Assembly: GCF_036588685.1 (NCBI RefSeq)
Contig: NC_086378.1
Coordinates: forward strand, 85,126,001-85,190,000
Length of the DNA: 64,000 bases
Source: Mytilus trossulus
Taxonomy: Eukaryota
Direction: 5' to 3'
Positions 12,543 to 24,086 of this stretch are shown here, in pieces (positions within the stretch are counted from its first letter, which is position 1; the number at the start of each line of letters is the position of its first letter). Made by a program: the position numbers and the translations under genes. The notes beneath the pieces were generated by a model, which ran no database searches, was not told where the DNA came from, and saw only the letters and a program-made list of their open reading frames with translations.

Positions 12543-12954
12543 GATGACGGACATAAAAAAGAATATCACAATAAAAAAATTTGTTCACTTGCTAGAGATC
12601 ATTATTTTATTTTCAATATGATTATTAAAGTAAGAATTTTAGATGAAGGTATTTCACAAATATTATAGATTATCGCACCGCGGGTATATAATCTCGTAAA
12701 ATTAAAAACAACATGTTTAATAATTTCATGCACCCGTAGCGCTTTTCTGGATTTAATTTCATCAGTTATATATAAGTGAAAAGTAAAATGCTTCTGTTAA
12801 AGGATTCTTTATTCTGTGAAAGATATTGTACAATATACATTCATTAATTACGGTGCATCAATATAAAGTACCTCATATATTAGGAGGAAAATGTACAAAA
12901 CCTACCTGCCCAAACATATTCAATCATCAAGAACAGAATTAACATATTCACCAT
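5319..12954 (-). CDS. ApeC copy 1: secreted signal peptide + CBM14 chitin-binding domain + ApeC (apextrin C-terminal) domain protein, 6 coding exons, 269 aa
   Basis: Exons 12906-12954, 9578-9742, 8126-8263, 7309-7425, 6333-6450, 5319-5541 all have GT-AG borders and join into an 810-nt open frame: MVNMLILFLMIEYVWA-DCSTIINGYLPNPYDCSSFIQCGHG...CDWPSNAGCVI-VSWPRGRYSLPKSKSGCPPGW...QDNED...WPRGNYCI...WFDED...LPDG..YCCRSDG...LPTSKPFYL...CQRVRGM...TDDED...YCYYS*. The motifs match the ApeC consensus recalled from apextrin-like proteins. Confidence 0.9.
6333..6450 (-). CDS. Copy 1 ApeC exon C
   Basis: 118 nt, GFRTGSIYWFDEDHNNANSKNGILPDGTYNRNTRIYYCCR. Confidence 0.9.
7309..7425 (-). CDS. Copy 1 ApeC exon B
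   Basis: 117 nt, GIFGRNTKLCYCTKITYGGSGSWPRGNYCIARKGGSCPSG, CAG/GTAAGT borders. Confidence 0.9.
8126..8263 (-). CDS. Copy 1 ApeC exon A
   Basis: 138 nt, VSWPRGRYSLPKSKSGCPPGWAEGCIYQDNEDIHNVNDVRYNHHFNG, AG/GTAAG borders. Confidence 0.9.
8790..9432. repeat. 63-bp intronic minisatellite (~10 copies) next to the CBM14 exon
   Basis: ACGGGATGAG recurs at 9121 and 9184; 21-aa repeat in ORF 8757-9275. Confidence 0.9.
9578..9742 (-). CDS. Copy 1 chitin-binding type-2 (CBM14/peritrophin-A) domain exon
   Basis: TTTTTTCAG acceptor, G|GTATGT donor, 165 nt, phase 1-1; translates DCSTIINGYLPNPYDCSSFIQCGHGISYTMPCPVGLHWNRRINVCDWPSNAGCVI, with six Cys and the CPxGLxWN..C-DWP signature. Confidence 0.92.
   Translation of the reverse strand: MAVQLSMDICPIHTTVRPSYNVDMVFLIPCPVPLDYTGTGVLMFVTGPQTLVVS
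12509..12542. repeat. (TAT)n microsatellite
   Basis: About 11 consecutive TAT units. Confidence 0.9.
12906..12954 (-). CDS. Copy 1 signal-peptide exon (MVNMLILFLMIEYVWA, phase-1 donor)
   Basis: ATG at 12954, 16 mostly hydrophobic codons + G, donor G|GTAGG; the same 49-nt coding length occurs in copies 2 and 3; an upstream acceptor near 12976 implies a 5' UTR exon. Confidence 0.85.
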
Positions 12955-15417
12955 CTTGATTCGTTCCTATCTGATCTGTTAAACGTAAAATGAAATACTT
13001 TTTGTGCTAAAATAACACGACGGATGCGTGGGACAAGATATGTCTGTCCTTCCGTAACACATGCTATCACCACAAGATTTGTCTTTATTTTTTTTTTAGT
13101 GAGCTATATATTGTTTGTCTTTCTATCGTTTTTCTTTTCCTAAGCTGTTTTCTGTTCATCCTATATGATTGATTACTCATCTGATGGCTTCCGCTTCTTG
13201 TTTCTTTTTAAAACGGATACCCCTTTAGAGAAAAGAAGTATTCGTGTTTTTGTTGGAAAAAGTCCAGATATCCTGATAAATCATTTGGAGATCTGGGCAA
13301 TTTTTGTCTTGTCGATTTGAATCTTCTTTCCATGGAGTACAACTTGCCACTAGTTTTCCTGTTCAAGATGGAACAAAGTTGCCTAAATAAAGGCAACAGT
13401 AGTATACCGCTGTTCAAAACTCATAAATCCCTGGACAAAAAACAAAACTAAAACTGTAGGAAACGCATTAAATAGAAGAGGAGAACAACGACACAACATT
13501 AAAATGTAAAACACACACACACACAGAAACGGACTAAGCATTAGACAAAATCCTATGAGAATAACAAATATAACATCAAAACCAAATACATGAATTTAGA
13601 ATATATAAGTACCGTGACACGTCTTATAGTAATGTGAATTCACACTAAAAAATAAGAGAAAACATACGACACAACGTTAAAATGTAACATACAAAGAAAC
13701 GAACTATAATATAACAATGGCCATATATATGACTTGGTACAGGAAATTTTTAAAGGAAAAATGGTGGGTTGTACCTCGATTTGTGGCATGCCGAACCTCC
13801 CTCTTTTATGGCCATGTGAAATATAAAACGGTCGATCTTCTGTATTTTTAAAACATGTGTTACCTATTGTGGTGTTGACAAAGTTCGAAGTGTTTAGTTT
13901 TGTTTTTGTCATTTATAAAAAAAAAAATGGTAATTTTTCTTTGAAGATTGGCATTTCAAATTACAACAATGGATTCGGATCCACAAACACTCCCCAGTCT
14001 GGGTCTATATGAGTAAGGGGAAAGTGTTTATAAATAGCTTAGGAGTGTTAAAATAAATTGAATCATAGACTGGAAAAGGTAGATGTTTCGTATGAGCCTC
14101 TATGGCTGATTGGCGTTTCTGGTTATTGCAAGGTTAATTCATTTGACACATGTTCTGTTTGTAATTCTATTAGAGTTTCAAAAGACAAAAAAGCAAGACA
14201 AATCATTTGCACACATTTGCATATTAAGAAAAATATAATCAAAGATTTTATTTTTAAAATTAGGGTTACTTTTTACTTTTTCGAATGTTGAGCATGTTCC
14301 AAGTTGTTTATAAGTTCCGTTATTGTACATCCTGATCGTCAGTAACTTTTTTTGTCGTTTTATCTTATTACATGTATATAATACAAAAAAAAATAGTGTT
14401 TTTAATTGGATGTGACATCAACCGCAAGACAAGAATAACTTTAACGAAATCTACTAAAGGACAACATTTATGAAATACAAAATGTATATTGACAAGTGTA
14501 TATGACTTTTGTGATTACATTTACAGCAAATCCGAACCCGTTTTCTATGACCGCATTAAAACTTTATCTTTATACTTTCAGTTTGCATATGCTTTATATG
14601 TATTTTGTCTTCCGATTATTTCAATTAATTGCTTTATATTTTATGCAGGAAATTAAGTATGAAGATGTAATTATATGTTCTTGAATAAATTTGGGTGATG
14701 AATGTGGAGTAAAGTGGGGATTTGTTTAGGTTAGTTAAGGTCAAAATATAGAATGCCTGAAGCTTTCATTCTGAATTATAGACCTCTTTAACATATAATG
14801 TCTATAGTGTCAGTTAGAACTAGAATTAATCTTTTTGAGACAGAGCAGGAATGATTTTTTTGTATTTGATTTTATTGTCAAAACGATATGCACAACGAAA
14901 TAACTGTGAAATAAACAGAAAATTTTATTAATTTGTTATATGGTTCACTCATCAATTAAAGAAATAGATTTCGGTTTTCTGTTAAAACCACAATTGGTTT
15001 GCTGATCACATGTTTTTTAATCAAATTCAAATTTTCGTGAACTAAGTTCTTGGAAACAAGATGTTCCTCCTTCCAACCAATCGGCTTAACTAATTCATTG
15101 ATTGAATAGTTGGTAAACCAACTGAAACTAGGAAATGTTTCATGTCCATTAATAACTTGAAAGAACAAAGCTTTTTCAAATAAGAATATTAATCTATGCA
15201 ATTTCCAATGTAATTTAACAATGGTCATTATCACACATGATATTGATTATACTTAATTAATTATAGACAAATTTACAGTGTAAAAAGAGAAACAAGTAAT
15301 TCAGGAATAAAGTTTAAAAACTACTAAAATGAAATGTTTTCTTCCGGTGTTGGATCATTGTCAGAATTCATCAAAGTAACAAGCTTATAGTTTATGATGA
15401 CAACAATTGAAGAGTCA

Positions 15418-18217
15418 TTAAGAATAATAACAGTAGTGTATTCTGGTTGTCTCAGTTTTCTTTGGATGACTGCCACCATCGGCACTGTAGTTATGAGTAT
15501 CCTCATCATCTGTTTTCACAAATTCCTCACGTGCGCTCATTCCTCGCACACGCTGGCATAGTGTTGATGTGTAATGGTACAAATAGAAGGGCTTACTAGT
15601 TGGTAATACTATGCTTCTGTAAGAAGGTCCATCAGATCTATTAAACAGATTGGCAGTAATATGAAATCATTATAAATGTAGATTTTCTTGTTATGAAATG
15701 CATTAAGTCATTAAGTGGGGTCTTTGTCAGAACACAGTATGCAATTTTGTTTTCGATCAACCGAAGTATTCTTACTCTTCGTTTAGTCTAACAGACGTTT
15801 TGAACCTTACTTTTTACTTTCATTTTTCATACGAACTTTTACATTGGATTACCTCCCTTTTATTTGATTTAGTTCAATTTGAAACAATCAAAATATTACA
15901 ATGCGGGTTTGCCTGTACAAAGTCAGCATATGACAGCTGTTTTTTTATCCATTTGATGTGTTGGGGATTTTGATTATGACATTGGATAAATGGCTTACCG
16001 TTTTGAAGTGTCCTTTGATTTGTTAAATAAGGGACAAACTCATTCTCAAAATGTAAAAAAAATTATCTCAAATGCAATCATACTTTTCTTCCATAACATT
16101 TCAATCAAAGAAAGAATATTTTGAATAACGATATACCTGCAACAGTAGTATATCCTTGTGTTTCTATTATATGTTCCATCTGGAAGAAATCCATTCTTTG
16201 AATTAGCATTGTTGTGGTCTTCATCATCCCAATAGATACTGCCTGTTCTAAATCCTATAATAAGAGTTTTGTTTTAATTTTTTTTTTTTATCTATTATCA
16301 TTTTATTTACAATATTACCATTGCAACCCCAAGGACAGCTGCATAGATATAATTTGTATGCTATTAGTATCAAACGTTACCAATTTTACTAAATTGAATG
16401 AACAGTTCGACAACAATGATCTGTTTAGTGATGATCGAGGCCAACATATTTGAAACAAAAACATAAAAGAACCTGTTGTAGAGATGATATCATCGAAAAG
16501 ATAAACGAGAGAAAAACATAAACGTTTTTTTACAATCACTTGGTCGATGCCATTTCTGGTTCATTGATATGATCAAATTTAACAATCAACAGATAACGTA
16601 ACTTTTAATTGTTCCAAATATTATCTTTTTCTAACGCTTTCTTAGCGTAGACATAAATACTAAATGTTATATTCCATAACTTCCGAATACCAATAAAAAT
16701 TACAGACTTACCGGAAGGACATGAACGACCATATCTCGCAATACAATAATTTCCACGTGGCCAGGATCCTGATCCACTGTAGGATGTTTTTGTACAGTAA
16801 CACAGCTTCGTGTTTCTGCCAAAAATTCCTAGTTGTATATAACAGTAAGTTGTATATCTATCACATAATTTTAAATTTATAAGGCAATTGTCAGTGATTT
16901 TCACAACTGTCTTTCAGATCATATCAAATTCTACCTCTGTTATTCAAATATCGTCTTGTTGATATGCCAGGGTTTATTTTCGTAGTCTAGCAATGTACGA
17001 AGTGATCTGTTCGCGCTTTTTTTCAATTTATGTATAAGTATTTTGAATGCTAATACATGTTATTTATTTATTTTTGTTTATATTGTTTCTTGATTAAAGG
17101 TTGACCGGACCAGAAGCAACAAATAAACGACAGAAATACAAGACACCACAAAAAAGTTATTCCAGTAATCGTTTCCCCATCAAAATCACATGATGCAAAA
17201 AAAAACATCATTTTTATATATCAAGAGACACCTCATAAATGTATTCCTGAGGATGTTTTGTATGATTCAAATTATAATTTCGATGCACATAATTACAGTT
17301 GATAAACCTGTTTGTATAGCTACAAAAGGTACAGATCAACACATAAAGATAAATCATTGAATTTGGATTTCCTATAATAAATATTTGGATATCTTTAGTA
17401 AGTAAATGTATGTAAGATTGCTATCGATTTAATTATTTAATGCTATCATTTCACAAATAAAACGTTTATATATAAATAAGACTATGAAACAGATAATACA
17501 TCGAACTTACCACTGAGGTGATGGTTGTAGCTAACGTCGTTAACATTATGTATATCTTCATTATCCTGATATCTACATCCTTCAGCCCATCCAGGTGGGC
17601 ATCCTGATTTTGATTTCGGAAGCGAGTACCTTCCACGTGGCCAGCTCACTTAAAAAATGAGTATAGACGGTTATATATGCAGCAATTTTTTAAGTAGCTA
17701 AAATATAAGGTTTTATCAAGGTGAAAGCCTTGTGAGTTTTTCATCCACATTATTATATCGCCAAATTTACATTCTCTGAGTTTTGCTAAAAATAGTTACT
17801 AGTTTGTAATCAAATTATTATTATGTATAATTAATATTAATACATAAATTGATTACTGGCCTTTTTATATTAAAGTAAAATTGTATGACGTGTATAAATG
17901 ATTGAAAGCACAAGGTAGAACTACTTAAATCTGTTCTTTTTTTATAGACCAAAGATATTAATATCGAAGAACCAGAGGAAAATTTTGTTATTCATATACA
18001 TATATATCCATAGCTTCATTTTAACCGTTACATAAGTAATTTCAGAGGGAAATTTGTGAGACACAGGAAATCATCAATATATAAGTGAAAAGTGAAATGA
18101 TTTTTTTGAATGATATTGTACAATATACATACATCAGATATCTTAGGATGATAATGTACAAAACTTACCTGCACAGACAGATGCAATCAACATGAACAGA
18201 ATAAACATATGCTCCAT
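15418..18217 (-). CDS. ApeC copy 2: secreted single-ApeC-domain (apextrin-like) protein, 5 coding exons, 213 aa
   Basis: Exons 18169-18217 (MEHMFILFMLIASVCA), 17511-17648, 16712-16828, 16137-16254, 15418-15637; GT-AG borders, 642-nt open frame, motifs QDNED, WDDED, TDDED, ends YCYYS*. Confidence 0.92.
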
Positions 18218-19114
18218 TTTCGTGCCTATCTGATCTATAAAAAGTAAAACGATTTTACATTTAAAAATGCTTGTATATGACAGTTGTTGTCTATTCGTTT
18301 GATGTGTTTTATCATTCGATCAGGGGTTTTCCTTTTTTAATTTTCCGCGGATTTCAGTATTTTTATGATTTCACTTTTTACTTTTATGTTAACAAACCAC
18401 GTTTGTTGCAACACATGGAACAGGATCTGCCTGACCACATGAGATTACCACAGGCATATGATACAGTTCTATTTTTTTGTGAGTTATTTATATTGTTTAT
18501 CTTGCCGTCCAGCTTTGAGTGTGCCAAGCTGTTGTCAGTCTGTTTAACTTATGAGGTTTATTCCTTATCTAATGGCTTCATTTTCTAGTGTTTTTTTTAA
18601 AATCGAATACGCCCCTAAAAAAAGAAGCATATATGTTTTTGTTGAAATATATCTTGATATTTTAATATCTCCATATTCTAACTTTATTCTATCCTTTCGG
18701 ATAGAACATCACTAATGAGTCTGTTGTGAATGAAGCGCGCGTCTTGAGTACACCATTTCAATCCTGATATCGAGGATGAGGTTATGCAGTTTTCAACTTT
18801 AAAAGACACTTAATGAGCTGACGCTTGACATAACATATTTATTTTACATTGTAAAACATTAAGATTGTACATACTTTGATACTTTTGTCTCTAGTAATTT
18901 ATCCGCAACCCGAACATAAAAAAGATGACTCTTTATGTTAAGCCTATATCAATTATATATGAGCGGAAATAAAATCATATGAACGGAACAAAAACACACT
19001 ATATAAATCGATCTTTTAACTACAAGTACACTATTGGTTTAAATGATATAAAAAAAATAAACAGTTACTTATTGTATTATTTCTATATATAAAACACAGA
19101 AAAGAAAAAAAAAA

Positions 19115-20420
19115 ATTCAACCCCAAGAAAACTGAAACCATGACTATTTCCCGTAAAATTTCAAAACCTTACCACCAAACCTTTAAACATGAATAACGAA
19201 GAACTACATGTAGTTGAAAAGCACAAGCACTTAGGAGTCTATTTTTCTAATAATGGTTCATGGAATGTCCATATTAATTATATTGTACAGAAAGCATACA
19301 AGAGACTTAATATATTAAGGAAAATAAAACACACTTTAGATAGAATGACCCTGGAAAAAATATATATATCGTTTATAAGACCTATCATTGAATATGCTGA
19401 TGTTATCTGGGATTCAGGAAATCAATCTTTAATGAATAAACTTCCAGTTGGACGCCGCTCGTATAGTTACAGGGGGGACTAAGCTCACAAGTGCGTCGAT
19501 GTTATATAAAGAAACCAAATGGGAGAAACTTTCAGTTCGAAGAAGTAACCACAAATTAATATTGCTTCATAAAATTTTAAATAATAAAACCCCAAATTAT
19601 TTGCAAGAGCTATTGCCTGGCTATGTCTGTGGTCGACACGACCACAGTACAAGACAAAGTAATAATCTATTATAGGTTAAATCACGTACAAATCTTTATT
19701 CTGATTATTATCTTCCGTCTCCCATCAAATTATGGAATCATTTACCTTTAAGTGTTAGAAATTGTGAATCTATTTCTCTATTTAAGAAACAAATTTGTAA
19801 TCAGAACGATCGCGTCCCTTTATACTTTTATGCTGGATGTCGGAATGGCCAAATTCTTCACGCGCGACTTAGAATGAATAGTAGTTCTTTAAACTGTCAC
19901 TTGTTTCCAAGAAACTTAGTTACTTCCCCTAAATGTCGCTGTGGTGACTTAGAAACTAGCTCACATTTTTTATTATTTTGCCCATTATACTCGGACATAA
20001 GACAAGAGCTGATAATATCATTTGCAAGCCTAAAACTAACGGCACTAATGGACACCGAATTTCTATAAAATGGTTCAGATACAATTTCGAACGAAGAAAA
20101 CATTAGTTTATTTCTCATGGTACAAAGGTTCATTATCAAAACTAAAAGGTTTACAAACTAATGACTCACACAATAAACCTGTAAGCATTTCGTCTTATCA
20201 GTTGCATTTTTATTTACTTTTCAGTTCATTATGTAACTCAACTGACAATATCAATATTTTTATTGTGTAACAGAGCATGTAGTTTTGATTTATTTGTGTA
20301 TAATGTATTTAATTCTACCAAGGAAACAGATTAATATAAGCAATTGTTGCTTGTTTCTGGATCCTTATTGTGTATGTGATTATAATTTATACTTGTATAT
20401 ACCAAAATAAAAATATTGTT
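19115..20420 (+). mobile_element. 5'-truncated CR1/L2-type LINE, degenerate RT C-terminal region
   Basis: FNPKKT...KHLGVYFSNNGSWNVHINYIVQKAYKRLNILRK...IRPIIEYADVIWD and CRCG..ETSSHFLLFCPLY, broken by frameshifts. Confidence 0.85.
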
Positions 20421-22577
20421 TACACCAAAAGAAAGAGAAATACATATATCTAGACTATATTATACCAAAGAATGATTTTGATTTGAAAAAAGTAAACATT
20501 AACTGATTGTCCTAAAATTTGAATGGAAAACAATATTTGATTATAAATTTTTCTCAAAATATTCCAGGGGGGTAAACATTATATATAATGAATGTCTGAT
20601 ACAGTGCTGAATGATTTTTAGGGTTGTCATTTCACATGATGGTTATAATTATTGTATTTTTGTTTTGAATAGGCTTCTATAAAATTTCTCTACACATTCC
20701 ACTATTCCAAGTACAAAGTTCAAATACAATTCACATTTATAATATATATCTCTTCTTTGAAATTTCCTTATCCATAATATTCATTATGCATTTTCTTGAT
20801 TATGCATAATTGTGCTTTTGATTTTTGTTTTACTTTTAAAATACAGGTCTGTCTTGAAGTTGTTATGCTTTATAAAAAAAATAAAAAAAATTAGTAACTT
20901 AATAAATAAGTTGAAGTTGTTTTATGAATTTGTTTTTTGTTACTTGTCCTTAGTGAGTGATTACATGTTAGTTAAATATGATTCATATATATTTTTAAAA
21001 AGTTGCATAGGGCTTTCGTTTTTAGTGTCTTACGCAATGTACATCACAATAATGTTATTTTTTGGTCTAATTTGATATTTACTTAATATTATCCATATGT
21101 ATTCTATGTATAAGAATCAGTTGTTTCGAAAATGGATCACCATCTTTTTCAATAACATATATTTATATTTCAAGTATGCTGTATATTTTTATAGAATGGT
21201 TTTTGTTTTTACACTAATCACAACCTTATTCTTTTTTTCTGGATTCGAGCGTTCCTGATAAGTCCAATAAGTCCTGATAAACCGCGAAAATACTGTACTT
21301 GTGTACCACTCCTAAATTGTTCGGAGATCCTGATATTTAATTGTGTATTTAATCTTTGTCTTGTCAATTTGAATCTTCTTTCAAATGAGTACAACTATTC
21401 ACCAGTTTTCTTTTTTCTAAATGGCGACCAGGTTCCCTTAAACAGACGTCCGTTTATAAATTTTGAAATTATAAAGAAAGAAACTTAGGATTTAACCCCT
21501 CAGGCAAAGTTGACCTTAGATGAATTGGGCTATTTGTTTCAGTTATTGTTTTGACATATAGCTCTTCAACTGCTTCGGGACTTCTACATGCCCCGGATTT
21601 CAAATTTTTGGCTTTGAGTGTTCCTGGTGAAGGTAAAGCCAGAAAAGCGCATTAGACGCATGAAATTATTCAACGTGTTGTTTCAATTTTTTTACGGACG
21701 CATGCAATTATCAAACGTGTGGTATTCAATTTTTTGCCTAACACAGACGATGTTCTAACTTTAAAAAAAACATGTGTTACATATTTTGTTTAGATTTGCT
21801 TCCGTCATTGTGAATAAAGGAATATTTTAGCTTTTTTCACAATGGTAATTGTTCTTTTAAGATTGTAATTTCAAATGAAAACAAAAAATTCAGATCCTCA
21901 AATAATATTAGTAAGAGGAAAGTGCATATAAACTGCAAAAAGCCCAGGAGTGTAAACAAGCAATTGCGTTATATCACTCATACCACATATTCCTATATGT
22001 TTCGTATGAGTCTCTATGGCTGATAAGAGTTTCTGGCTAATGCAAGGTTAATTCATTTGACAGATGTTCAGTTTGTAAAGTTATTAGAGTTTGAAAAGAT
22101 AAAAAAGCAAGACGATTCAATTGCACACATTTATATATTATATTACATTCGTTTATTTTAAAAAATGAAGTTATTATGTTCTATTTTCAATGTTGAGCGT
22201 GTTTCAAGTTGTTTTAGTTTCCTGATAGTCGATAACTTTGCTGCCTTTTTATTTTAAAACATGCATTTTATCAATAAAGTTTTGTTCCTAATAGGATGTG
22301 ACAGCAACCGGAAAACAAGAATTACTTAACGACATCTAGAGAATAACATGTAATCTAAACAATAGACAATCATTTATGAAATACAAACTCTATATTGTCA
22401 AGTGTTTATGACTTTCGTGACTACATTTACAGCACATCCGAGCCCGTTTTCTATGGCCGCAATACATTACAACTTTATTTTTATATGTTTAGTTTGCATA
22501 TGCTTTATATGTATTTTGTCTTCCGAGTATTTCAATTAATTTCTTTATATTTTATGCAGGTTATATAGTATGAAGAT

Positions 22578-23653
22578 TGCTGATTGATTGTCGGTTGCTT
22601 TAACACCACATTAGCACAAAAACCATGAGCCTATATCGCGACGAGAGCTAATTCGGATATTTTTACAATTCAAAGCATATTATATATTTTACATTTTATG
22701 GAAAGTTTCAATTTCTTTTAAGAATGCAACAATATTTGTAAATGGAACATTATTAGATAAATCATAGATAGTATTGATATATATTAAATGCTTCCTATGA
22801 ATATCAGCAAAGTCAAAAGAACTAAACATGTTTTATTGTATACTTGCAGTTACAAGGTATAAATTGTGGTTCTACTTTTTTAATAAGATATTCATGTGTT
22901 ATTCTAGTATGACCAATACGACATCTGGAAATGACACACTGATCTTTTCTGCACATAATATTATTGAAAGGTTTTCCTAAATTAGGTTTAATTGCATGAA
23001 GTTTATTATCATCTGTTTTCCTCCATTCATTTTTCAATATTAATATTAAAAACAAATTCTCTAAAATTATTAGATCTAAAGTCGGTATATGGTATATCAC
23101 AGTTAGATAAAGGGTCACCCAGAGCATGCTTTGTCTCAAGGCTGTGTTTTAAGGATTCCAACATGACTCGGCACCCATAGGAATATTATTTCTTTAAGAA
23201 GAATTCTTAAATTCCTCATTACAGATAAAGTTTTGCGAATTGTTGGGTTTTAAATTTAGTATATTGTATAGCTTGTAAGCATGAAAGTGAATCAGATCAT
23301 ATAATAAATTTGGATTTATCTGAAGGGGCAATAAATTTCAAAGCCAAAACTATTGCTTCTGTTTCAGCAGTAAAGATGGATCCATCAGAAGGCAAACAGA
23401 GAGTTGCAGCTCTGTCCCTGAAGACAGCAGCAGATTCAACTCTGTCGCCATCTTTTGATTCATCAGTATAGACAGTTGAAACATCTGAATAACTGGCTTT
23501 AATTTTAGCATAGTGTTGCTGAATTAAAAGAGGATTTGTTTTATTTTTATTGTTTTCACGGATACCAAATATCATTTTTGGTTTGGGAAGTTCATATGGA
23601 GGACATTTGAAAGTTTCAACTTGAACAATATATTTTAAATCAAAAGAAGGATA
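22578..23653 (-). mobile_element. 5'-truncated RNase H-bearing non-LTR retrotransposon (I/Jockey-group-like) with 16-bp TSD
   Basis: VYTDESK...SIFTAETEAIVLAL (RNase H) and SRCRIGHTRITHEYL; (CAAT)n-like tail; TATATAGTATGAAGAT duplicated at 22562-22577 and 23654-23669; empty site near 14655 in the copy-1 paralogous flank. Confidence 0.88.
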
Positions 23654-24086
23654 TATATAGTATGAAGATGAAATTATATGTTCTTAAATAAATTTGGTTG
23701 ATGAATGTGGAGTAAAGTAGAGATTTGATTAAATTAGTTAAGGTTAAAATCTATACGCTGTTATTCTTAATTACAGACCTCATTAACATATAATTTTCAT
23801 AATTTCAATTAGAACTAGAATTGATGTTTTAAAGATAGAGGTAGAGCTTTTGGTTTAATTGTCCAAAAGATATGCACAACGAAATTACTGTTCTCTTGGA
23901 TGTGAACTCAAGCTTTTATAAGAATTCATCGACTGAACCAGCTAATACACATCCTGCAATTATGATCCCAATTCACAGCTTTTATGTTCGTCCTCTATTA
24001 CCTTTTACTTTACGGATTTAAGAAACGATAAAAACCACCTAGACACATTTCGGATATCCACGTGCATATAAAACCGTATTCATAAA

